Shown: positions 7,650 to 15,967 of the stretch, piece after piece
Layout: every line of letters begins with the position of its first letter
Numbering within the stretch: position 1 is the stretch's first letter
Assembly: GCA_027001995.1 (NCBI GenBank)
Contig: JALTLO010000107.1
Location: 1-15,967 of the forward strand
DNA length: 15,967 nucleotides
Direction of reading: 5' to 3'
Source: Planctomycetota bacterium
GTDB taxonomy: Bacteria > Planctomycetota > GCA-002687715 > DRQF01
Position numbers and translations under genes: made by a program
Notes under the pieces: generated by a model
What the model was told of the DNA's origin: nothing
The model's database searches: none
Seen by the model: only the letters and a program-made list of their open reading frames with translations

Positions 7650-8372
7650 ATGATCAAGATTCTCAAACGGCTATTGATTCCGACTGACTACCAACTGGTC
7701 AAGACGATTGCTGCCATCAAGACTTCTCAGCTGCCGATCACCCGGGAATATATTTTCGCCCACCGTTTGATGCGCAATAAGGACTTCTTCTTTATCCAAA
7801 TTGGTGCCAATGACGGCATCATGTGCGACGACATCTATGAGTTTGTGACATCTAACCGTCTTCCAGGCCTCGTGGTCGAACCTCTCTCTGACATGTTCCA
7901 AAAACTCAGGGAGAATTATGCCGAATTCCCGATGGTTACACCGGTGAAGAAAGCCATCTTTCCATCTGGTGAGACCGTCCGTTTACATCGCGTTAAACCG
8001 GAACACAATCTCCGAAACGACCTGGACGGCATTGCATCCCTGTCCAAAGACCATCACATCAAGAGCCGCAAGCACGCATCCAACCTATCCGACTACATGA
8101 TCGAAGAAGAAGTCCCTTGCATTCACTTTCAGGAACTCATTAAGAGCCACGAAGTGAAACACATTGACCTCCTGCAGATTGACACGGAAGGCTTCGACTT
8201 CGAGATTATCAAGATGATCGACTTTGGTGTCATCAAACCCAGCATCATTCGCTATGAATACAAACATCTCTCAGATTCTGATCACGCCCAGTGCATCCGC
8301 TTACTCAAAGACCAAGGATACCTTTTCCACAAAGACAGCCGAAAAGACATGATTGCCTACTTGGAACAATAA
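7650..8372 (+). CDS. FkbM-family SAM-dependent methyltransferase
   Basis: Motifs FIQIGANDG, LVVEP, IDLLQIDTEGFDFEII and PSIIRYE. ATG 7650 is preferred over TTG 7629. Confidence 0.9.
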   Translation: MIKILKRLLIPTDYQLVKTIAAIKTSQLPITREYIFAHRLMRNKDFFFIQIGANDGIMCDDIYEFVTSNRLPGLVVEPLSDMFQKLRENYAEFPMVTPVKKAIFPSGETVRLHRVKPEHNLRNDLDGIASLSKDHHIKSRKHASNLSDYMIEEEVPCIHFQELIKSHEVKHIDLLQIDTEGFDFEIIKMIDFGVIKPSIIRYEYKHLSDSDHAQCIRLLKDQGYLFHKDSRKDMIAYLEQ

Positions 8373-8829
8373 CACGCTGCATCCCAATAAACGCTGATTC
8401 CAAGGTTTGAGCCCTTCCTCGTGGAATGGATGAGCCTGCATCCCGAAGATTCAGAAGACTTGACCCATCCCTCAACACGACTTCTTCGACCTATTCTCAT
8501 TAAGCCAATGGCGGGTCCACTCCCTGATTTCGGGCACATGGCTTGAGGAAAGGGCAAAGAACATCCCAACATGAAGCAAACCACATGCTTAGATAGAAGC
8601 AAAAGACAACACCACTATCCCCCCTCTTGCCAGTTGCTTACGCACCGAAGATCAAGCGGAATACCGGCGACCCTTGGAAAAATGTACCGAATCCGAACAC
8701 GCAGCAAACGAATGCAAAGGTTTGTCCATTGCCTCGACAACTATTCTCTTTCCCCCATGGGCTGCAGAACCTATTGTGAAATGAGGAAAAAGCGGAACTC
8801 AATCATTCAGCCATACCGGAAATCGAAAC

Positions 8830-9753
8830 TTGAACCAAGAATCCCCTTACCCCATCGGAACTCCTGGCAAGAAATGGGGCGAAACAGAAATCAACGCTTG
8901 GTCAGCGCTGCAAACGATCAAGAGACACTACGCCGACGAAGTCCTGGCAAAAATCGAAAAGCTGAAGGCTTCTTTCGCAGTGGAGCAATATGGCGCTCTT
9001 TCTTCCAATCCGGAACGTTACCCTCTTTTTGTCGTCAAGACCAAGAACTGGAAAGACAATCTGCCCAATGTTCTCATCACCGGTGGTGTCCACGGCTATG
9101 AAACCAGCGGCGTTCAGGGTGCTCTCAGGTTTCTCAAGAACGATGCCCAAGAATTCGAATCCAAGTTCAATTTCGTTGCGGCACCCTGCCTCAGCCCATG
9201 GGGCTACGAGACAATCAATCGCTGGAACCCCCTGGCCGTCGACCCGAATCGGTCATTTAGAGCCGAGAGCCCTTCTGAAGAAGCATCTCTTATCCTTCAC
9301 CACTTAGAGGCTTGGTCCATCCAGTTCTTGGCCCACTTCGATCTTCACGAAACGACCGATACAGACAACACAGAATTTCGGCCCGCCTTGGCTTCACGGG
9401 ATGCCGTCGTCCAAGATCGTTGGGACATCCCCGATGGATTCTATACCGTCGGAGATGGCGCCAAACCCACTCCCAGATTCCAAGCAGCCGTCATCCAATC
9501 AGTCGAATCTGTTACCCACATCACCCCGCCCATCGACGGCAAGATTATCGGTGAACCCTTGGAACAATGGGGAGTCATCCACTATGACGCCGGCCCTCTC
9601 GGACTCTGTATGGGTATGACCAAGGCCCCATTTGTCACCACCACAGAAGTTTACCCAGACAGCCCTCAAGTTGACGACGAAAGTTGCATTGCTGCCCAAG
9701 TCGCCGCAGTCACCGGAGGCCTCAACTACTTAAGCCAACAAGAAGAGAAATGA
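8830..9753 (+). CDS. M14-family Zn metallocarboxypeptidase (succinylglutamate desuccinylase/aspartoacylase-like)
   Basis: Zn ligands GGVHGYE (HxxE) and DLHET, plus RWN..AVDPNRSF and catalytic TTTEVYP. The TTG start is supported by the family-typical N-terminal YPIGTPG. Confidence 0.9.
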   Translation: MNQESPYPIGTPGKKWGETEINAWSALQTIKRHYADEVLAKIEKLKASFAVEQYGALSSNPERYPLFVVKTKNWKDNLPNVLITGGVHGYETSGVQGALRFLKNDAQEFESKFNFVAAPCLSPWGYETINRWNPLAVDPNRSFRAESPSEEASLILHHLEAWSIQFLAHFDLHETTDTDNTEFRPALASRDAVVQDRWDIPDGFYTVGDGAKPTPRFQAAVIQSVESVTHITPPIDGKIIGEPLEQWGVIHYDAGPLGLCMGMTKAPFVTTTEVYPDSPQVDDESCIAAQVAAVTGGLNYLSQQEEK

Positions 9754-9849
9754 GTAAGACCGTCAAAAAATTCCTTCGCTTCGTTGGCGGCAAGTAAGAC
9801 ATTCGCCTAACATCGCACCTTGAACAGAGTGGATTCACGCCACCTGCGA

Positions 9850-12399
9850 TCAACCGGTCATCCATCGCATGATGATTTCCAATGGCCCTCGTTTGAAAAA
9901 GGCTCGCCAAGCGACAGAAAATGCCACGGAAGTGACCCAACACATCACCACGTAGAAGGCGACGAAGGGCATCGGATTCCCACGGCGCATATCGATCCAA
10001 TTGAGGATATAAAAGCCAACAATAGCGTGACCAACATAGAGAGTCAGAGCCATTTGCCCCGTCAGTACAAAGGGTGACAAGATCCTCTTCATCCGCGAAA
10101 ATGAAGCCAGAACCAAGCAAAGACCGATGATACCCATGGACGTACCAATCGCCGTCAGCATGTAGTAGGGGCTCTTCGAGCCAGAGCTAATCGTTGTCAT
10201 CGAAGCTAAGCGTTGCTTGGCAGTCGGGTGAGCAACGGCCTCCGCATCTACCCAGCTTGTGTCCCAGGGTATGAGCTTTTGTTTGTCTCCGTCTTTAACC
10301 GGCAGGTGCCGCTCGATTCCAACGAGATTGACCAAGGCCGGCCAAACTTTGCCCCGGAATCGATTGCGGGAGTCGGAGGCTCCAGGGGAATTCGGGTTCG
10401 ATGTGGGTTGGGCTATGGTTGCATTTGGCCGGGAGGTTGGCGCCACCGGGGATTCTACATTGCCAGCGGCCGTGGCTGTCTCTGGGGCCGAGTTGGCACT
10501 ATTCCCCGCAGGCTGGCTATCAGCAGTCTTTGATTTCTTGGCGACATCCTTGGGTTTTTCATCCGGATCTCGTCCTTCGGCTATAGCTCGCCTCCGCGCC
10601 TTGGCCTTGCGCTCTTCGTTTCGTTCTTTCCATCGTTCTTTCTCTGCGTCAAAACGAGCTTGGTCGTAAATAATCGACCGCCTCAAGCTTGAGATCGCAC
10701 TTTTCAGGTCACGTTTGTGCCGAGAAGGAGCGGGGTTTCCCTTGCCATAGGAGACCTCAAGAATCACTGCAGGCCTCTTCTGCCCAGAATACTCAACTTC
10801 TTCCACACGGATCTTTCGATCTTTGTATCGCCCATGGCGAGCCAAGCGAACGCGAACTTTCTCCACGTCCTTCAAGAAATCGGCATACTTGTCTTTGGGA
10901 AATCCTTCGACAATCGTCATGTCGAGGGGGTCAGGATCTTTCGAGCCATTCGAACCTCTTTGACCTCCGCGGCTTCCCCTCGGTGCTGAGGTGCCGCCGT
11001 GCTGACCCGGGCTACTTGATGAATCGGCAGTCCCATTTCCTGGAGGTTGCTCAACAGGGGGGGGTGGGCGCGAATTTCCTCCTCTTGAGCCAGGCCTTCT
11101 TCCTCGTCCGGATCCAGTGGGGGTGTTCCCGTTGGCATTTGTGCCGGGAGTTGGGCTGCTTCCGCTGGCACCATGACTCGATGGTCGCGAACTGGCACTA
11201 CGGTTTCCACCTCTTGCCGATCCTCCACGACTTCCAGAGCGCTGTTTCGGCTGGGGCTCTGGGTCTTCCACCACAAGCTCTAAACTCTCATCCCCATGAA
11301 CCACGTATTTTTCTGGATAGAGCCAATGCTCAACAGGCTCAGCGCTCATGTGTCCTAAGGTTGCCAACATGACTCCGGCAATCAAGATTCCAAAACGGGT
11401 ACTGGCCTTGCTGGTATTCAAACGACCAATAAGCATGCCAGTCAAGAGAAAAGCAAACCACGGCAACACCGGATGAATGCCGTTGATGAAGAGATTCTTG
11501 AGGGCGTCCTGCCAGCCGTCCCATGAACTGCTGCGCCAATCACGGACCTCCGTGGCATCATAAATAAATTGCCGAAAAAAGGTCCCGCCGAGAACACCGA
11601 TCAGGGCCAGCCAAATCCAGCGAGACCTCAAGCTCAAGAAGATACAACCGGCCAACAGATAGAATCCATAGAAATGTAGAATGTCGAAGGACCAAACCGG
11701 CCACCACATGTAGCCAAAGGCAAACAAAAAGAGGGAGCGTTTGACCAGGATCCCTTGGGGTGTGCTGAACTTTCTGGCAAAGACCCAAAACAAGAGAAGC
11801 ATGACACTGCAGAATCCCATGCCAATCTTGAGAAGAGTCGAGAACTCACCACTCTTGATTGCTGCTAAGTGATCAAGAAATCGTTCTTGGACTGGAGCCA
11901 CCGGAGGCGTCTTGTTCTGTGACCGAGCCCCCATTCTTGTACTCGCCGAAGTCGTTGACGCAGACGCTGGACGACGCCAAGTAACAGGCCCGTAACCAAA
12001 GGAGCGTCCAAGATATCTCTCTGCAGCATAGAAGTCTACCGCCACCCAGCTCGAACAAAGAAGTGCCACCAACAGCAGTGGTCGCAACAGGGACAAGACT
12101 CTTTTGAAACCAAGGGGTGGCGCTGGCGGGTTCTTTTTTGCCTTGTAGAGCAAAGTCAAGCCAACGCCCGCCAGGATCACAAAAGTTGCTGCTGCTCGTC
12201 CGTAGCAAGCTTTATAAATCTTGTAAAGCCACTCTGGCCCATTGCCGCTGCGGCTACCCATCAAGATCTGATAATTGACAATAACCATGCCAAAAAAGGC
12301 AATGCAACGAGCCACATCGAATCCGATTTGGCGGTTTCCGAGGGATGGTGGAGTTGGTTCGACTTGGGGCGAAGTCTCGGGCGATTGTTGATCAGGCAC
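9850..12399 (-). CDS. DUF418 / HGSNAT(DUF1624)-like acyltransferase-type membrane protein with large insertions (849 aa)
   Basis: Motifs RQIGFDVARCIAFFGMVIVN, GRAAATFVILAGVG, DILHFYG, NGIHPVLPWFAF, GQMALTLYVGH and WRAFFKRGPLE. GTG start. Confidence 0.85.
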   Translation of the reverse strand: MPDQQSPETSPQVEPTPPSLGNRQIGFDVARCIAFFGMVIVNYQILMGSRSGNGPEWLYKIYKACYGRAAATFVILAGVGLTLLYKAKKNPPAPPLGFKRVLSLLRPLLLVALLCSSWVAVDFYAAERYLGRSFGYGPVTWRRPASASTTSASTRMGARSQNKTPPVAPVQERFLDHLAAIKSGEFSTLLKIGMGFCSVMLLLFWVFARKFSTPQGILVKRSLFLFAFGYMWWPVWSFDILHFYGFYLLAGCIFLSLRSRWIWLALIGVLGGTFFRQFIYDATEVRDWRSSSWDGWQDALKNLFINGIHPVLPWFAFLLTGMLIGRLNTSKASTRFGILIAGVMLATLGHMSAEPVEHWLYPEKYVVHGDESLELVVEDPEPQPKQRSGSRGGSARGGNRSASSRPSSHGASGSSPTPGTNANGNTPTGSGRGRRPGSRGGNSRPPPPVEQPPGNGTADSSSSPGQHGGTSAPRGSRGGQRGSNGSKDPDPLDMTIVEGFPKDKYADFLKDVEKVRVRLARHGRYKDRKIRVEEVEYSGQKRPAVILEVSYGKGNPAPSRHKRDLKSAISSLRRSIIYDQARFDAEKERWKERNEERKAKARRRAIAEGRDPDEKPKDVAKKSKTADSQPAGNSANSAPETATAAGNVESPVAPTSRPNATIAQPTSNPNSPGASDSRNRFRGKVWPALVNLVGIERHLPVKDGDKQKLIPWDTSWVDAEAVAHPTAKQRLASMTTISSGSKSPYYMLTAIGTSMGIIGLCLVLASFSRMKRILSPFVLTGQMALTLYVGHAIVGFYILNWIDMRRGNPMPFVAFYVVMCWVTSVAFSVAWRAFFKRGPLEIIMRWMTG

Positions 12400-12618
12400 G
12401 ACGTTTTCTCATTGCTAACAGGAGGAGCAGCGTTCAAGAAACGCAGTCTCACTGAGACACGTTTCGAATCGGCTGAAATATAGCAGAAAAAACGCAGATG
12501 TGCCGACCGCCTTCTTGCCAGGACTCTCCGCCCTATTCACCACCTGAGCCCGAATAATTCACGACCTCGGGGCCGCCAGGGGCGGCATAGCGCCCGTACT
12601 CTGCATCAGTCCCCCCTC

Positions 12619-12634
12619 ACGACCACGTGGTCGT
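12619..12634. repeat. Perfect 16-bp palindrome ACGACCACGTGGTCGT
   Basis: Reads identically on both strands. It is intergenic, about 220 bp upstream of the DUF418 gene. Confidence 0.6.
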
Positions 12635-12910
12635 AGCAGAGCGACTTCTTGGATTGCGAACACTCTGCCACCCTTGGCTGTGTTGTGTTTCGAAGAGAAG
12701 TCTTAAGAATTGTTGTTCTGAGCTTTCTTTGCGGAGCATTTTCTCACACAACGACCACGATCTCATGAATCAGTCGGGTTAGGCAGATCCAGGAATTGCG
12801 AATCTATCCTCTATGTCCTGTTGTCAGGGAGGAGAATCCCCCAGCAAATCAGGGACATATTTCCGATTCGCCGAGGCCACGATCATGGAAAATCCCCTTC
12901 AAAAACTGAG

Positions 12911-12963
12911 CTCACCCGACTCATTCACGATATCGGCGGCGAGTTCGTGAGTTTTCGAGTGAG
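12911..12963 (-). other. Long imperfect RNA hairpin 3' of the 916-aa gene
   Basis: Minus strand: CUCACUCGA/UCGGGUGAG (9 bp, one G-U) with inner stems UCACGA/UCGUGA and UCG/CGA. Confidence 0.45.
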
Positions 12964-13022
12964 GCGCCTAACTCCCCTGCTGCACCCTGTACTCACCTTC
13001 GCACCTTGAATGCCAAAGCAAA

Positions 13023-15773
13023 TCAGGGGAGGGTCACCTTTTGCTTCGGCTTAATTATAGCTTGCGCTTCCCAGAGGAGTTTCCCGTCTCGTCGTAACTC
13101 AAAGGCGTATTGCCCCGGAAGAACTTTGCCCTTGAGCCACCCAGACTCGTCGTCGAAATCGAAACTTCCGAATTTTAGAGGGGATCCATCATGAAGCAAA
13201 CGACCATCCCGCCTAACCAGGAGACGCATGGACTCAGCCCGATCTAGGTAAGTGTGGCGAAGATTCCACCAACCTTGATGCTGGTCTGCTTGCTGTCGGT
13301 CACTGACAAGATCTGGGGATCCGTTCGGAATGACAGGGTCATCCTTTTGCTTAACCGGCAATTCCAGAACCAAGACAGCAGCCTCGATCATCAACATGGA
13401 AACAGAAACGGGGTTCTCATCATCAACCAAGTCTAACGTAATGGGTTCTGCCAAGAACATGCTTCCGTCTCGGCGCAACCAGCCGTTTGCCGTGATTCGC
13501 CATCGACCCGGAGTTAGGTCCTCAAGCTTGAGCTCAGCTTGTCCACTGCCTGAGTCCCCGAAACTTCCATGGATAGGATGAGCAACATGGACCCCCCAAC
13601 GCACTTCTTGTACGACGCCCTCGGGAAAACGAAGATGAACAACCAGGTCGATCCCAGGTTTCATAATCACTGAATCAGTTTTGGCGGGCCCCTTGACCAA
13701 GAGAACAGTTTTCACCACACGAGAACAACCCTGGGTGGTGACTTCGAGTTGGTACTCACCGACTGGCACACTGTCCCAAGAAAAGGTGGTAAGCGACTCC
13801 CTGTTTGCAGAGATGCTCTCTCCTACTTGTTCGGAGAAGATTGATGCTCTCACGGGAGCCACAATAGGATTTCCCATCGGGTCTGTCACTGAAAGAGAAA
13901 AACTCGCCGATTCAAGAATTGGGGAAGGTAGGATGAGATCCAACTCTTTCTCGTCGCTTGCAATACTGAGCTCGGTTGTTTCTGAATCTCTGAAATTCGT
14001 TGCAAATCCAATGTCCCAAGGTGGAGAAGGCAACTTGTTCACCCGAAATCGTCCGTCAGGTCCCGTCAATGCATGCCCCAAGTGATCGCTCCAAACGCGA
14101 TCCCCTGGGGTCTTACCGGATGTATAGACCCAAACGTGAGCCCCACCAACAAGCATGCCTGTTGAGTCACGAACCGTCCCCGACAGAAGATGCTCTCTCT
14201 GAAGTTGATAGCTGATAATATCGTTGTCAACGTCTTCGGGAATCTGAAAGTACTTGGTGACGAATCCTGGCATTCGGATAGAAAAATCGCCCCGATCGAG
14301 AGTCCCACTTTCCCACTTGGTCACGCGCAAGTCGAAGCGCCCATCCACTCCCGTGACGACACGCTCGCTATTTCTCCAAATTTGCGCTCCCTGAAGTGGC
14401 TTTCTCTCCTCGTTCACCACCAACCCGCGCAACAAAGCAAAAGACTGAAAAATCGGGACATCACCGAGATCCGCCGCATCGCCTGGCCACAATTCAAGAG
14501 TACGAACCTCGCTCCCTTGGCGAATAGTGATCTCGGTCGCCTGACCAAGGCGACAAGGAATGCGCGGAATACTCCAACGCCCATCCTCGTTAGATTGTGT
14601 CCACCACAGGCCCCGGGCCCCAGGCTTGTGTCGCCAACCCAAGAAATTCGGACGAGGAGGCCGGGCGTCTACCATCATGGGCATATCAATTTCGATAAGT
14701 TCCCAGTCCTTGAGGCGGACATACACGTTGAAAGCAGACACGGGTTGAGCGTCTTGATCAACGACACGCCCAGCGATTCCCCCTCTTGAGACTAACTTCA
14801 GATTGACTTCACGAATCTCTCCCTCACGCTTGAGGGTTTCCACGGACCCAGCAGCAACAGCATAACCCGGTTGCAAGACCCGAATCACAAAACCACCATC
14901 GTAGATATCATGGGAGGTCAAAAGTCCACCATAGGACGCGGGCACTTGATCGATGTTGTAGTTTCCCTGGTTGTCGGTCAACGTCTTGGCAATCAACCGA
15001 GGCCCGGACATCGACCGAAATAGACGCTTCACCCCTTCAATACGAGTCGCCTCACGGCCTTCCAGGGACCACAGTTCAACGTCAATATGAGGCACGGGCT
15101 TCAAGGTTGCACCGTCGACGACTTGCCCCCTCACAGCACCGCCGCGGCTCATCGTGATATCGAAATTGACTTGACCATCTCGCGATAATCTACGGGTCCA
15201 ATAGTCAATGGGCTTTCGCAGCATACGGGGAGCAAAATCCACTGCTTCGCGAAAGAGGAGCTCTTGGTCGATACCACTGCCAAATCGATCTGAAATCGGA
15301 ATACCGACAATCTCAAACGCCCCACCGTCACCACTGCGCCCATGACGCTCCACAGAAAAACCATCAGTCCGAGCTCGGTAAGATATAAAAGCCCCCGTTA
15401 TTGCATTTCCTGCCAAGTCATGAACCCGGCCGCGAAGAGAAAAACCACGCCTAAGTACAAGCTTTACATCTTCCTGTCCGGGAATGAATTCCTGGGAGGA
15501 AGAAGGAGAATAATCTTCCCGAGAGGCCTTGATCGAAAATGATTTCACATCTCTTTGCAAAACAAGAGTGAAGCCGCCATCTGCGCGACTTCGGCATCGG
15601 CGTATTTTCGAATTATTGAGAGTCTTTGGCGAACGGACGCGCCATTCAAGAGCGGGAATCTCCGATACCCCCAAAGGCAAAGCCAGAACAACGGCGTCTC
15701 TCACAGGAAGGCCTGACTCATCAACAACCCTGCCCCGCACCGCGAATTCGTCAACAGCAGTGGTTTTAGGCAA
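13023..15773 (-). CDS. Carboxypeptidase-regulatory-like (CarboxypepD_reg) repeat protein, probably 5'-truncated
   Basis: About 7 repeats of type xRGRVVDxxGxPVxxAxV: VRGRVVDESGLPV, LRGRVHDLAGNAI, VRGQVVDGATLKPV, IAGRVVDQDAQPV, LRGLVVNEERKPL, LSGTVRDSTGMLV and LSVTDPMGNPI. There is no ATG start or signal peptide. The frame is open upstream only to an in-frame TAA at 15819-15821. Confidence 0.8.
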   Translation of the reverse strand: MPKTTAVDEFAVRGRVVDESGLPVRDAVVLALPLGVSEIPALEWRVRSPKTLNNSKIRRCRSRADGGFTLVLQRDVKSFSIKASREDYSPSSSQEFIPGQEDVKLVLRRGFSLRGRVHDLAGNAITGAFISYRARTDGFSVERHGRSGDGGAFEIVGIPISDRFGSGIDQELLFREAVDFAPRMLRKPIDYWTRRLSRDGQVNFDITMSRGGAVRGQVVDGATLKPVPHIDVELWSLEGREATRIEGVKRLFRSMSGPRLIAKTLTDNQGNYNIDQVPASYGGLLTSHDIYDGGFVIRVLQPGYAVAAGSVETLKREGEIREVNLKLVSRGGIAGRVVDQDAQPVSAFNVYVRLKDWELIEIDMPMMVDARPPRPNFLGWRHKPGARGLWWTQSNEDGRWSIPRIPCRLGQATEITIRQGSEVRTLELWPGDAADLGDVPIFQSFALLRGLVVNEERKPLQGAQIWRNSERVVTGVDGRFDLRVTKWESGTLDRGDFSIRMPGFVTKYFQIPEDVDNDIISYQLQREHLLSGTVRDSTGMLVGGAHVWVYTSGKTPGDRVWSDHLGHALTGPDGRFRVNKLPSPPWDIGFATNFRDSETTELSIASDEKELDLILPSPILESASFSLSVTDPMGNPIVAPVRASIFSEQVGESISANRESLTTFSWDSVPVGEYQLEVTTQGCSRVVKTVLLVKGPAKTDSVIMKPGIDLVVHLRFPEGVVQEVRWGVHVAHPIHGSFGDSGSGQAELKLEDLTPGRWRITANGWLRRDGSMFLAEPITLDLVDDENPVSVSMLMIEAAVLVLELPVKQKDDPVIPNGSPDLVSDRQQADQHQGWWNLRHTYLDRAESMRLLVRRDGRLLHDGSPLKFGSFDFDDESGWLKGKVLPGQYAFELRRDGKLLWEAQAIIKPKQKVTLP

Positions 15774-15800
15774 GGGACTGCTCCCAAGCGCTTCGCCAGT

Positions 15801-15967
15801 TGTCAGCAGCCAAGTTCTTTAAGGGCAATTTGGGCTTTTTTCGCCACGGTCTTTGAGGCTCGGTTGGCAACTGACCTCATTTATCTTGGCTGTCGGCATC
15901 CGAGGTATGCCTCTTAAACCTCGGGGGTTTTGGGGGCGGAGCCCCCATCCTTCTTGGCACCGAAGGT
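15801..15967. mobile_element. Probable end of an insertion sequence (family undetermined), continuing beyond the window
   Basis: Begins TGTCAGCAGCCAAG (TG-type terminus) at the point where the adjacent CDS loses its N-terminus. It has an internal inverted copy at 15885-15898 and clustered hairpins, including GGGGGC-GGA-GCCCCC (15932-15946). No transposase is visible. Confidence 0.5.

Noticed and set aside
8357..9101. ORFs 8357..8602 (-) and 8571..9101 (+)
   Set aside because: No recognisable motifs. The latter overlaps the M14 gene out of frame by more than 270 bp and has atypical R/Q/S-rich composition.
10213..11372. Plus-strand ORFs opposite the DUF418 insertion, as a possible nested gene, intein or mobile element
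   Set aside because: They are antisense shadows of low-complexity coding DNA. I see no intein splice motifs, terminal repeats or transposase motifs.
1..15967. CRISPR array, tRNA/rRNA or anti-phage defence genes
   Set aside because: No regularly spaced direct repeats, RNA-gene signatures or defence-domain motifs were seen by eye.

Overview
Bacterial DNA of roughly 50-55% GC (estimated by eye). The gene content suggests Planctomycetota/PVC, which is an inference. From left to right the window holds: (1) the 5' end of a minus-strand secreted protein resembling an S9/DPP-IV peptidase, absent from the ORF track; (2) a divergent plus-strand operon encoding a Cys-rich secreted leader protein, a TolC-like lipoprotein, a long periplasmic adaptor, a LolD/MacB-type ATPase, two MacB/FtsX-type permeases and a C-x7-C-x6-CC ('TPWDYCC') lipoprotein; (3) an FkbM methyltransferase; (4) an M14 metallocarboxypeptidase; (5) a minus-strand DUF418/HGSNAT-like membrane protein more than doubled in length by insertions; (6) a large minus-strand carboxypeptidase-regulatory-repeat protein whose 5' end appears cut off by a probable insertion-element end at 15801. 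The best candidate for a new system is the Cys-decorated type VII ABC/TolC operon. It looks gated by a CutF/CruR-like leader ORF plus a hairpin that sequesters the Shine-Dalgarno of the TolC-like gene.
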